The notes under the pieces: model-generated | Told to the model about the DNA's origin: nothing | Seen by the model: only the letters and a program-made list of their open reading frames with translations | Database searches by the model: none | Shown here: piece after piece, positions 24,245 to 36,495 of the stretch | Numbering within the stretch: the first letter of the stretch is position 1 | How the letters are laid out: each line of letters begins with the position of its first letter | Position numbers and translations under genes: made by a program | DNA from: Octopus sinensis | Taxonomy: Eukaryota | Length of the DNA: 64,000 nt | Reading direction: 5' to 3' | NCBI RefSeq assembly: GCF_006345805.1 | Contig: NC_043010.1 | Span: 4,712,001 to 4,776,000, forward strand

Positions 24245-24605
24245 AAATTAATAAATAAAACATATGCATATATACATACATATATGTATGTACCTACCTC
24301 TACATGTATATATACATGCATATATGGGTACAGGACACCAGAAAAAATGTCGAACACAATGAGAAACGAAAACATAAACACAAAACCAAGGAACTGGACA
24401 TTTTTCTTAAACAACGAAAAAATAGAGTACAGGACAAATAACACAAGGAAAATTCCCCTTCTTCAGTCGCCATGGTTTCATCTACTCTGCGTTTCGAAGG
24501 TGAAGGCGATATGCATCTTCGATAGAAACTTTCCTTCCCGCGAAAAGCAAATTAAATAAAATTAGAGATCTTTTTGCGGAGGAGACACACACATATATAT
24601 GCCGA

Positions 24606-24854
24606 CCTCGGCATCGGTTGTCAAGCAATGCTAGAGGGACAAACACAGACACACAAACACACACACATACATATATATATATACATATATACGACGGGCT
24701 TCTTTCAGTTTCCGTCTGCCAAATCCACTCACAAGGCATTGGTCGACCCGGGCCTATGGTAGAAGACACTTGCCCAAGATGCCATGCAGTGGGACTGAAC
24801 CCGGAACCATGTGGTTGGTTAGCAAGCTACTTACCACACAGCCACTCCTGCACC
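24606..24854 (-). mobile_element. SINE A lacking its 3' end
   Basis: Head and middle only. Confidence 0.85.
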
Positions 24855-25184
24855 TATGACTTTTCATCACAAGAGAAATGATAAATTTGTTGACATTGTG
24901 GAAAACTTTAGTTTAGAGTAGGTTAGATTAGTGTTCACATCTTTAGCCCTCAAACACAGGCTTTGTACAAGAAATTGAGGTGTTACAGAGACAACTTCTA
25001 TTAAAAGTCTTACTGTTGGAGAATTCTCTTTGAGTGATGCATAGAAAGACACATTCTTGAAGGTAATGTCCAAACTTCCTGCATTGAAGTAAAACTTAAT
25101 GCACATGTATCACCTTTCCAATTGAAAACAGGAAAAATTTTATTGCAGCAATCACAGATCCAGCGGCCCTCAGGTGTTCAACAA

Positions 25185-25570
25185 GGCGTAGAAGTGGCTG
25201 TGTGGTAAGTAGCTTGCTTACAAACTACATGATTCCAGGTTCAATCCCACTGCGTGGCACCTTGGGCAAGTGTCTTCAACTATAGCCTCGGGACAACCAA
25301 AGCCTTGTGAGTGGGTTTGGTAGACGGAAACTGAAAGAAGCCTGTCGCATATATATGTATATATGTATGTATGTGTGTGTATAGGTTTGTGTGTCTGTGT
25401 TTGTCCCCCCAATATCGCTTGACAACCGATGCTAGTGTGTTTACGTCACCGTAACTTAGCGGTTCGGCAAAAGAGACCAATAGAATAAGTACAAGGCTTA
25501 CAAAGATTAAGTTCTGGGGTCGATTTGCTCGACTAAAGGTGGTGCTCCAGCATAGCCACAGTCAAAAGAA
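25185..25570 (+). mobile_element. SINE A
   Basis: Near-full copy. Confidence 0.9.
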
Positions 25571-25589
25571 AAAAAAAAGAGTAACCAAC

Positions 25590-25820
25590 TCAACACTTTG
25601 AGCCCATCGACACATTGCAGAGGATGAGTCTACAAACACACTGTGTGCCGCATGTGCCTAGAACAGCAAACTTAAGTCAGAAAAGCCCAGTGACCCTTAC
25701 AAGGATTATCTAGTCAAAGCAGTCTAATCTGTTGCCAAGAATGCAAGGTTCATCTGTGTGTCAAAAGAGGATCAACATGCTGGACCGATTGGCATACCAA
25801 GGTGGAATATTGGTACTAGA
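25590..25820 (+). pseudogene. piggyBac-like transposase C-terminal Cys-rich domain relic
   Basis: CRMC...(frameshift)...CCQECKVHLCVKRGSTCWTDWHT. Confidence 0.55.
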
Positions 25821-25861
25821 AACCAGGTAGGCATCTTTGTTGTATGTTTGTGTAGTCAGAT

Positions 25862-26104
25862 TCATCATTATCATCATCATCGTTTAGCGTCTGCTTTCCA
25901 TGCTAGCATGAGTTGGACGGTTCGACCGGGGTCTAGGAAGCCAGAAGGCTGCACCAGGCCCAGTCTGATCTGGCAATGTTTCTATGGCTGGATGCCCTTC
26001 CTAACGCCAACCACTCCATGAGTGTAGTGGGTGCTTTTTACATGCCACCGGCACAGGTGCCAGACGGAGCTGGCAAACAGCCACGATCGGATGGTGCTTT
26101 ATTT
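25862..26104 (-). mobile_element. Element E
   Basis: Reverse complement of the same body with a (CAT)n tail. Confidence 0.8.
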
Positions 26105-26185
26105 TGAGAGCTGTAATTGATGCTAACCCAATTTTCAGCTGATTTTGCACAAGAAGCCAGGTATATGGTATAGTTTGATGTAAAT

Positions 26186-26592
26186 GTAGAAGCATAGCTG
26201 CATGGTTAAGGGGTTCACTTTGCAATCATATGGTTTTGGGTTCAGTCCCACAGCGTGGCATCTTGGGCAAGTGTATTCTGCTATAGCCACGGGCCGACCA
26301 ATGCCTTGTGAGTGGATTTGGTAGACGGAAACTGAAAGAAGCCTGTCGTATATATATGTATATATATATATATGTGTGTATGTGTGTGTGTTTGTGTGTC
26401 TGTGTTTGTCCCCCTAGCATTGCTTGACAACCGATGCTGGTGTGTTTACGTCCCCGTCACTTAGCGGTTCGGCAAAAGAGACCGATAAAATAAGTACTGG
26501 GCTTACAAAGAATAAGTCCCGGGGTCGATTTGCTCGACTAAAGGTGGTGTTCCGCAGTGAAATGACTGAAACAAGTAAAAGAGTAAAAGAGA
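26186..26592 (+). mobile_element. SINE A
   Basis: Near-full copy. Confidence 0.85.
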
Positions 26593-26777
26593 GTATACAT
26601 ACATAGAAACAAAAACAGCCTGTTGTTGATGTTGAAATTCCAATGAAGGAGCCTTGGATCTAGGTTAGAAACTGGTTCTTTCTGTACAGGCAAGAAATCT
26701 TGAAATAAAACTGAGCAATGGCATACATATATATATATACACACATAGACATATATAGTTATGTATATATATATGTA

Positions 26778-27107
26778 TCTGGCCTCCGTGCCAGTGGCAC
26801 ATAAAAGATACCATTCGAGCGTGATCGTTAGCAGCATCGCCTTACTGGCACCTGTGCCGGTGGCATGTGTAAAAGATTCGAGTGAGGTCGTTGCCAGTAC
26901 CGCCTGACTGGCCCCGTGCTGGTGGCACATAAAAGCACCCACAACACTCTCAGAGTGGTTGGCATTAGGAAGGGCATCCAGCTGTAGAAACTCTGCCAGA
27001 TCAAGATTGAAGCCTGGTGCAGCCATCTGGTTCGCCAGCCCTCAGTCATTCGTCCAACCCATGCTAGCATGGAAAGCGGACGTTAAACGATGATGATGAT
27101 GATGATG
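26778..27107 (+). mobile_element. Element E
   Basis: AGGAAGGGCATCCAGCTGTAGAAAC body, CCATGCTAGCATGG hairpin, (GAT)n tail. Confidence 0.8.
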
Positions 27108-27559
27108 TACACACACATACACAGACACGTGCGTGCACACACACACACATATATGTACATACACAATGAGCGTCTTTCAGTTTCTGCTTACTGGATTCAC
27201 TCACAAGGCTTTGGTTGGCCTGGGGCTATAGTAGAAGACATTTGCACAAAGTGTTATGCAGTAGGACTGAACTTGGAATCCAGTGTTTGGGGAAACAAGA
27301 TTCTTGACCACACAGTAACATCCAAGCTACAGTTGGACAAACTGGTAAATAGCATCTTTGGACCAACCAGCTACACAAGGTTAACTCAAGAAAGAATAAC
27401 AGCTAGAAATTCAATTATTGATCAAGTTGCAGTCCTTGTAAGAATTCGACAAAGCTGGAAACAAAAAAGACCAAAATAAACTTGAAGACTGTGCCCCAGC
27501 ATGGCCACAGCCCAGTACGTATTGAAACCAGTAAAAGAATAAAAGAATAAAGAATGCAT

Positions 27560-28330
27560 ACATACGTATGCAAATAAATACATCCTTACATACATACATA
27601 CATTCATACAAGTATACAAACATACATATATACATACATACAAACATACATACATACATACATACATATATACATACATACAAACATACATACATACATA
27701 CAAACATACATACAAACAAACATACATACATACAAACATACATACAAACATACATACATACATACATATGTACATACATACACACACACATACATACTTA
27801 CATACATGCACACATACATACATACACACAAACATACATACATACATACATACATACATACATACATACATTCATACATACATACATACATACATACATA
27901 CATACAAACATACATACTTACAAACATACATACATACAAACATACATACATACATACATAGATACATACATACATACATACATACATACATACAAATATA
28001 CATACATACATACAGATAAACTTACATATACACAGATATAAATACATATGTACATACATTCTATGTAAATGCAAACATACATCTTTGCATATATATATAT
28101 ATATACATACGCACACATACATATACATGTATATACATTCACACACACATGCACACACATATATACACACACACACATACACTGCAGATGTACATATATA
28201 CATACCCACAAACACACATATACAATATATACATACACATACATATACATACTTACATTCACATACATACATACATATACATACATACACACACACACAT
28301 ACACATGAAAACACATACATACGTTCATTC
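27560..28330. repeat. (CATA/CA/TA)n compound microsatellite
   Basis: Seen directly. Confidence 0.97.
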
Positions 28331-28538
28331 ATACATAAAAACAGAGAAATATACATCTTATTAGAAACATCACTGGTCATTTTGGACCAGACAATAAAAT
28401 TGAATTGTCAAGATGGTTTAACTATTCAATTCTATTCAATTTATTGTTATTATCCACAAATACAATGTAAAAGACTATTTCTGTACCTCATTATTTCAGA
28501 GTTTGACGTGATAAGGTCGACATTTCTTTCATCATTGC

Positions 28539-28619
<81 letters not shown>

Positions 28620-29412
28620 GTATATATATATTTATATATATATATGTGTGGACACAACACATACATATATATATATCTTTCTATGTAACTTAGTCAGAGG
28701 AGAAAGGTCGTTGTCCACGACCTTTATGGGATGGGGAGGGAGGGTCCGCTGAGACAGGTGAAAAGAACAGGGGAAGGTGGTATTTTTTTCTAAGACAAAG
28801 ACTAAGGAAGACTTGGTTCAAATTCTTGCTGCAGAGCAGACTCCGCTTAAGGATCACCCTAGGACCAAGGTGGAGTTGGGTAAACTACGCAAAGAATTAT
28901 AAAGTTTATGGGAAATGATAGTCTACCTCCTCCTCCTCCTCCTCCACCTCATCATCATCATCATCATCATCATCACCCATACCACCACCATCACCACCAC
29001 CATCATCATCATCAGCATCATTATCATCATTTTATGTCCACTTTCCATGCAGGCATGAGTTGAATTGGTTGCCATGCTCCCAGTCAATTTATATCCAAAC
29101 ATATATCCCCTTTTAGACAGTTATCTCTCTCTCTCCCTCCTTCTCTTCCTCTCTCTCCCTCTTTCTCTCTCTCTCTCTATTTCTTTCTCTCCCACTTTCT
29201 CTCTACATATATATATATATAGGGGCTTGTGTAGCCATTTTTGTCCACCAAAGACTAATGTATAAGATACACACTCCTTTTCCCTCCTTTTCTCCTTTCT
29301 CCCCCCCCCCTCTCTCTCTCTATCTATCTATCTGTCTGCCTGCCTGACTGTCTGTCTATCTATCTATCTATCTTTCTATCTTTCTATCTTTCTTACTCTG
29401 TGTTTGTTATTA

Positions 29413-29963
29413 TTGGGTTGCTGATTTTTAAAGGAAAGAAAAAGGTCAATAAATACTTGTCATTACATTTTTAATCAACCAAATATGAACCATTTTGTTG
29501 CACAATGCGTCTCCATCTTTCCTTTAACTTGAAGATACCCTCTTCCCAGAATTGAGGTGGTTTCATGGCAAAGAATTCATCAAGATATCTTTTTATGTCA
29601 TCCAAAGAATTGAAATTTTTACCATTAAGACTACTCTGCAGAGACCTGAATAAGTGGAAATCTGAAGGAGCAATATCTGGTGAATATGGAGGGTGGGGTA
29701 ACACATCCCAGCCGAGCTGCAGCAATTTTTGTCTGGTTCCCAAAGCATCAAGTGCCGAAAATGAACTTTCTTATCTTCCATTTTAAATGGTTACAGAATT
29801 AACACAGGTTATAGGAACATAAACCTTCTTCCACGAAAAGATAGCTTAAACTGTGCTCTAAATGGAGGTGTAGTGAAATCCTATTTTATGGACTCAACCA
29901 TGTTCTGAAATAGGTCGAAAGGTAAGCTACTATAAATTGGCATGAACTTTCTGGACAACCCAA
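29413..29963 (-). mobile_element. Internally deleted mariner element
   Basis: TIRs starting TTGGGTTG with TA target duplication. The N-terminus MEDKKVHFRHLMLWE is fused to the C-terminus LGWDVLPHPPYSPDIAPSDFHLFRSLQ...WRRIVQQNGSYLVD*. Confidence 0.9.
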
Positions 29964-30208
29964 TATCATTGGCAAGAGATTGCAGACATTAGTAGTAGTA
30001 TTTCATAATGTTCAAACCCTGCTGAAGATAACTTTGCCTTTTAAACTTCTGGAATGGTCTAATAAAATGTGTGTGTATGTGCATGTGTGTGTATGTGTGC
30101 ATGTGTGTGTTTGTGTGTGTGTGTGTGTGTGTGTCTGTTTGTGTGTGTGCATGTGTGTATGTGTGATTTATATATATATATTTGTGTGTATGTGATTTAT
30201 ATGTGTGT

Positions 30209-30275
<67 letters not shown>

Positions 30276-30422
30276 GTGATAGATGTACAGATAAACAGAA
30301 AGAGAGTGTAAGACAGTGTGTGAAACACACACATACACATATACATTATCATCATCATACACATCCTCATGCATACACCGTACCAGTGCAATCTAACGTA
30401 AAATTTAAAATGCTTCTATATA

Positions 30423-30831
30423 GGCACAGGAGTGGCTGTGTGGTAAGTAGCTTGCTTACCAACCACATGGCATCTTGGGCAAGTGTCTTCTGCTATAGCC
30501 CTGGGCCGACCAAAGCCTTGTGAGTGGATTTGGTAGACGGAAACTGAAAGAAGCCTGTCGTATATATATATTAATATATATATATATATATATATAGCGA
30601 GTGTGTGTGTTTGTGTGTATGTGTTTGTCCCCCTAGCATTGCTTGACAACCGATGCTGTGTGTTACGTCCCCGTCACTTAGCGGTTCGGCAAAAGAGACC
30701 GACGATAGAATAAGTACTGGCTTACAAAGAATAAGTCCCGGGGTCGATTTGCTCGACTAAATAGGCGGTGCTCCAGCATGGCCGCAGTCAAATGACTGAA
30801 ACAAGTAAAAGAGTAAAAGAGAGTAAAAGAG
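30423..30831 (+). mobile_element. SINE A with small head deletion
   Basis: Near-full copy. Confidence 0.9.
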
Positions 30832-31341
30832 TATAATAAATTAATTGAGGAGACAACGAACAGACAGACAGCCAGACTGACTGACAGTCAGGTAAGACAA
30901 ACAGACAGACGGAGAAATAAACAGAACGATGCCTTCCAGATGACAAACATCATGTTATAGATTATTTAATTACCATTCTTTCATTTCCGTTTTTAGGAGC
31001 TATGGGTTGGAATTAGTTGATCGCAGTCAGAATATCCTGCTTACTAACTAAACGTTGGTCTTCGTCAACAGTTCATGATTTCACCAATTTTAATGTCAAT
31101 TTACAAATTAACCTTACCAATATTAATACATAATTGAATGTGCGTGTTTAAGGGTGTGTACATGCTGTGTATGTATATATATGCCTGTTTGTGTGCTTGT
31201 GTGTGTATGTGTATATATACATATATATATGTGTGTGTGTATATCTATGTATGTATGTGTGTATCTATCTGTCTATCCATCTATCTATCTATCTATCTAT
31301 CAATCTATCTATCTATCTATATATATATATATATATATATA

Positions 31342-31556
31342 TTGGGTTGTCCCATAAATAATGCAGGTTTTTTATACTTCTTTTACTTTTCAAAATTAAG
31401 ATTAACAAAGTTTTTCTTATTCGAAAACGTTCTTCTTCATCTTCCATAATGCTCTTCCATCTATCAGGTAGACTTGCAAGGCCCGTCTTCCAAAATTCAC
31501 TTGTCCATGATGAAAAATACTCTTCCACTACTGTTCTGACTTTATCTACACAACTC
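31342..31556 (-). mobile_element. Mariner 3' end fragment in (TA)n
   Basis: TA+TTGGGTTGTCCC TIR; VRTVVEEYFSSWTSEFWKTGLASLPDRWKSI resembles the mariner transposase C-terminus. Confidence 0.75.
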
Positions 31557-32249
31557 ATATTTTTTCCATATATATATATACATATATATGTATGTGTGTG
31601 TGTATATATATATATTTATATATATCAGCAATGTAGTGACACTGATATTAAATTCTGGTGCCATATCTGCCATGAGCAGTGGTGTAGTTGGAATGAGTAG
31701 CCCTTGAGTTTGCAGCCCCCATACCCCACCCACCCCAACAGTTGCGCTGTTTATATGAGCATCTGGCATTATTAAATATCTTTGGATTTTATTTCTTTCT
31801 TGTCTTCTGCATCTGAAAATTTCATTGCATTACAGCCTTGCTTTCATTGTTTTCCATATCATCAATTCCAGTGAACCTTACAGATTAGCTGTATCCCTTT
31901 CCAACATTCTTCCTTCTGTTCATAAACAACCCTTTCTGCTTTCTTGTTTTCATTTATTGAAATTTTATGATATTTTTTCAGCAATAGCAGCATTTGTTAC
32001 AGGTTTCCAAAAGGCTGATTACCAGTTCCCTACATTGTATGAAGGTGGGAGTGACAAGGGTGACTCTGTGTAATTCACATGGAACAAAGTCAATAAGATA
32101 TTTGAAGGCTCTGTTTTATTGGTTTTGTCACTGGCAATATTCTTCAGTAAAAGATATGCACACACTCTCTCTACCTCTCTGACACAAACACATTCTCATG
32201 CACATGCACACACACACATACACACACCTTTTATCATTTTCTTGTTTTT

Positions 32250-32590
32250 GTCATTGAACTGTGGACGTGCTGGTGTACTGACTTGGAGAGTTTTAGTCAA
32301 AGGATTTGACACCGGTACATATGGTTTTTAAGCTTAGTACTAGTTTTGTCAGGCTCTTATACTGAACTTTGAAGCTATAGCAAAATAAATAAACCAAAGT
32401 TGAGTTTAGAGTCAAGCACAGAGATACATGAATATATATATGATATGCTTCTTTCAGTTTCTACTCACTGAATCCACTCATAAGCCTTTGGTTAGCCCAA
32501 GGCAATAGTAGAGGATACTTGTACACTTGCCATGCAGTGGCACTGAACCTGAGTCCATATGGATGGGAAGCAAACTTCTTACCACTCATA
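32250..32590 (-). mobile_element. SINE A, degenerate
   Basis: Diverged but collinear. Confidence 0.6.
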
Positions 32591-32599
32591 TATAAGAAT

Positions 32600-32770
32600 G
32601 GGTCTATATGCCCCATTATTAGACTATTTTCTTAGAAAATAATCAAATAATGGGGCATATAGACCCTTGACAAGAAAAAGTAGATTTTCTCATATGCATG
32701 GGACTTGAACCCACACCTTTTTGTTTATGTGACCAAGTGTGCTACCAATTACAGCAATGCACCAACATGC
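32600..32770 (-). mobile_element. Family F copy with terminal fold-back
   Basis: Palindrome at 32600-32666 followed by a minus-strand B box GGTTCAAGTCCC. Confidence 0.6.
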
Positions 32771-32901
32771 TTCTTACTGTGAGAGTTAAGAACTATGATT
32801 AGTTTGTAGTTGTTTTTGTAAACAAACTTACATGTGCTTTCACTGCGATGGCTTTGTTAAGATGCATCGATTTTTATAATTCTGTAAATAATAATAATAA
32901 G

Positions 32902-33106
32902 AGTATTTTATAAGCTTAAAGCTTACAGCTATCACCACACAATGACTAAAGAAAATAGTTAAATAATGGGGCATATAAGCCCTCAACAGGAAAGAGAAGG
33001 TTTCCCCATATTTGTGGGACTCGAACCCACACCTCTTTGTTTATGCAACCAAACATGCTTCCCTATAACACCAATGCACCAACCTGCTTTAAGTTTATAA
33101 AATACT
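32902..33106. mobile_element. Family F copy
   Basis: 21-bp TIRs AGTATTTTATAAGCTTAAAGC / GCTTTAAGTTTATAAAATACT; internal GGTTCGAGTCCC on the minus strand. Confidence 0.7.
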
Positions 33107-33157
33107 ATTATTATTATTTACAGAATTGTAAAAATTGATGCTGCTTAACAAAACCAC

Positions 33158-33600
33158 CACAGAAGTGGCTGTGTGGTAAGTAGCTTGCTTGCCAACCACA
33201 TAGTTCCAAGTTCATTCCCACTGCGTGGCACCTTGGGCAAGTGTCTTCTACTATAGCCTCAAGCCAACCAAAGCCTTGTGAGTGGATTTGGTAGACAGAA
33301 ACTGAAAGAAGCCTGTTGTATATATGTATATATATATATATACATATATATGACAGGCTTCTTTCATATATATATATATGTATGTATGTGTGTGTATATG
33401 TTTGTGTGTCTGTGTTTGTCCCCCCAAACATCGCTGGTGTGTTTACGTCCCCGTAACTTAGTGGTTCGGCAAAAGAGACCGATAGAATAAGTACTAGGCT
33501 GACAAAGAATAAGTCCTGGGGTCGATTTGCTCGACTAAAGGTGGTACTCCAGCATGGCCGTAATCAAATGACTGAAACAAGTGAAAGAAAAAGAAAGAAA
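33158..33600 (+). mobile_element. SINE A (tail-to-tail with the next copy)
   Basis: Near-full copy. Confidence 0.9.
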
Positions 33601-33605
33601 AGACA

Positions 33606-34011
33606 TCTCTTTTCTCTTTTTACTTGTTTCAGTCATATGACTGCGGCCATGCTGGAGCACCGCCTTTAGTCGAGCAAATCGACCCCGGGACTTTGTAGCC
33701 CAATACTTATTCTATCGGTCTCTTTTGCCGAACCGCTAGTGACGGGGACGTAAACAACACCAGCATCGGTTGTCAAGCAATGCTAGGGGAACAAACACAG
33801 ACAACAACCATACACACACACACCATAATAGATATATATATACATATATACGACGGGCTTCTTTCAGTTTCCGTCTACCAAATCCACTCTCAAGGCTTTG
33901 GTCGCCCGAGGCTATAGTAGAAGACACTTGCCCAAGGTGCCACGCAGTGGGACTGAACCCAGAACCATGTGGTTGGTAGGCAAGCTACTTACCACACAGC
34001 CACTCTGCGCC
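33606..34011 (-). mobile_element. SINE A
   Basis: Full copy. Confidence 0.9.
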
Positions 34012-34403
34012 TATATATATATATAATATATATATATATTTATTTTTTATTTTATTTTATTATCTAGTTTCAGCTCACGAGCTGTGGCTATGCTGGGGCA
34101 CTGCCATTTGATTATATATATATATATATATATATATATTGCAGCTTGCATAGGTTTGATGGAATTTGTGAAGGTGGATTCTCCACAACTGGACACCAAC
34201 TCTCACCTGTTTCCAAGCAAGTCAATATTTCCCCATAACCAGACATATTTTCATGGAAGACGGGAAATGAAAGATATTGCTTCACTGATAGTGACACTTG
34301 CTTACAACTCTCATGCAATGTCAAGGCAAAGAGACAATAACAGACATATAGATACACACATACATGTACACATATGCATGTGCATTTGCATACACACACA
34401 TAC

Positions 34404-34446
<43 letters not shown>

Positions 34447-34602
34447 AATATATATACATACACACACATACATGCATATATATGTGTGTGTATATATATA
34501 TATATACAGAGAGAGAGAGAGAGAGATACATACATAAATACATACATGCACGTACACACATAGACACACACACGTATGAGCGAGCACACACAAATACACA
34601 CG

Positions 34603-34633
<31 letters not shown>

Positions 34634-35034
34634 GTACACACAACACTCTACACACACACACACTCATGAAGAGAGAAGATTTGAGGTCTTATTGATCCTG
34701 TGTAAAGTAAAGGTCTGAATTCAATGAAGTGAGAAGGGCTTTGAGTCACATTGTATTAATGAGTTTGGATTCTTCCATAAAAAAAAGGATGAAAATGTGA
34801 AGTACATGAAGAAAAATGGATAATTTAGTCAACAGAAAAAGGTGGTGGTTGCAGTTTTATTATTATTATTGTAATATATATGGATTATTCACAAATTATA
34901 TATTCTAAGTAAATTACATGTAAATATCATGCACACACAAACACTTACACACACACATATCTATGTATATATATATATATATATATACATACACGCATAT
35001 GTAAATATATACATTAATATGTGCGTGTGTGTGA

Positions 35035-35322
35035 AAGCACATGGCTCAATGGTTAGGATGTTAGGCTCATAATCACGAAGTTGTGAGTTCAGTTCCCTGA
35101 CCAGGCTGTGTGTTGTGTTCTTGAGCAAGACACTTTGTTTCGTGTTTCTCCATTTCACTCAGCTGCAGAAACGAGTTGCAATGTCACTGGTGAAAAATGT
35201 ATTGGCTTTTGCCTTTCCCTTGGATAACATTGGTGGCATGGAAAGGGGAGGCTGATGTGCCTCAGAGGCTAACTTTCTGGGTGCAATCCTACAGTCATTC
35301 ATGACCGGAGAGGGTCTTTATC
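35035..35322 (+). mobile_element. SINE B
   Basis: Same blocks, with an internal deletion. Confidence 0.8.
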
Positions 35323-35366
35323 TTATATATATATATCAAAACAGAAATTTGGTAAAATATTTTAGT

Positions 35367-35615
35367 ATTATTTATTCACCATTACACATGTTTCATTTGC
35401 GAATAGGAATCACAAATTTGTATATGTTGAATAATCATGTAAGAAATTTCCTGTTAGAAATTCTACTGTGAGAGAATCCAATAATATTACTTGATTATAA
35501 TTTGATTCTCTGCCTGAAGAATTTCTAAAAGCAGATTTCGTACATGTTTATACAACTTGTACAATTTTGTAACTCCTATTAGGAAATGAAACATGTGTAG
35601 TGGTGAATAAATAAT
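35367..35615. repeat. Degenerate long palindrome containing hammerhead-like motifs
   Basis: ATTATTTATTCACC...GGTGAATAAATAAT; the arms align with roughly 80-85 percent identity by eye. Confidence 0.75.
35510..35603 (+). ncRNA. Hammerhead-like fold, intact core, long stem II, weak stem I
   Basis: CTGC-CTGAAGA (35514-35520), stem II ATTTCTAA/TTAGGAAAT, GAAAC ATGT GTA, then GTGG. Stem I is only 4 bp with two G-U pairs. Confidence 0.5.
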
Positions 35616-35786
35616 TCCAAACACTTCATTTCACATTGCTTTGTAATCATTTCAACATCTGACATGTGGCACACTTCTGCACCTTTACAGGTAATGTCAG
35701 TTTGATGGCGGAGTGAGCTAATACACGGCGGGTACATTTGATCACTATAAGCAAATCATACATCATCCTTGACAGGAAAGTTCATC

Positions 35787-35876
35787 ATTTAAAACAGTTT
35801 GATTTGGCCCCATGCAAGGTTTGTCCCCATGCAAGATATGGCCCCATGCAAGGGGCTGAATCAAACTGTTTTAAAT
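35787..35876. repeat. Small hairpin element: 18-bp perfect inverted repeat around three 17-bp-period CCCCATGCAAG units
   Basis: ATTTAAAACAGTTTGATT / AATCAAACTGTTTTAAAT. Confidence 0.9.
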
Positions 35877-35881
35877 AATCC

Positions 35882-36082
35882 TTTCTACTATAGGCACAAG
35901 GTCTGAAATTTTGGTGGGTGAGGACTAGTCGATTACATTGACCCCATTACACAACTGGTACTTAATTTATCAACTGAAAAGATGAAAGGCAACACTGACC
36001 TTGGCAGAGTTTGAACTCAGAACGTAGTAGCAGACGAAATATCGTTAAGCGTTTCACCTGGCATGCTAATGATTCTGGTAAC
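35882..36082 (-). mobile_element. SINE D
   Basis: Reverse-complement central block and head. Confidence 0.7.
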
Positions 36083-36234
36083 TCCTGCTTCTTTCTTTCA
36101 TTTATCTATTCACATATAAGTGGCCAAATTCACTCACAAGGCTTTAGGTGAACTGGAGCTACAGTTGAAAACATATACCCATGATTCCAAACAGATGGAC
36201 TGATTGATGGTAAGAAAAGATATATTTATATTAT

Positions 36235-36495
36235 ATCTGGCAGTGTTTCTACAGCTGGATGCCCTTCCTAACGCCAACCACTCCGCGAGTGTAGTGGGTG
36301 CTTTTTTTTTTTTTTTGCACGTAAAAAGCACCCACTACACTCGTGGAGTGGTTGGCGTTAGGAAGGGCATCCAGCCGTAGAAACACTGCCAGATCAGATT
36401 GGAGCCTGGTGCAGCCCCTGGCTTCCCAGACCCCGGTCGAACCGTCCAACCCATGCTAGTGCGGAAAACGGACGTTAAACGATGATGATGATGAT
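36235..36495 (+). mobile_element. Element E (RTE-related, (GAT)n tail) with inverted 5' duplication
   Basis: 72-bp arms at 36235-36306 and 36323-36394 with 2 mismatches; the element continues to GGACGTTAAACGATGATG. Confidence 0.85.

Noticed and set aside
24430-24540. CTGAAGA and two GAAAC motifs with hairpins on the minus strand
   Set aside because: The order and stems do not assemble into any hammerhead topology without several assumed mutations.
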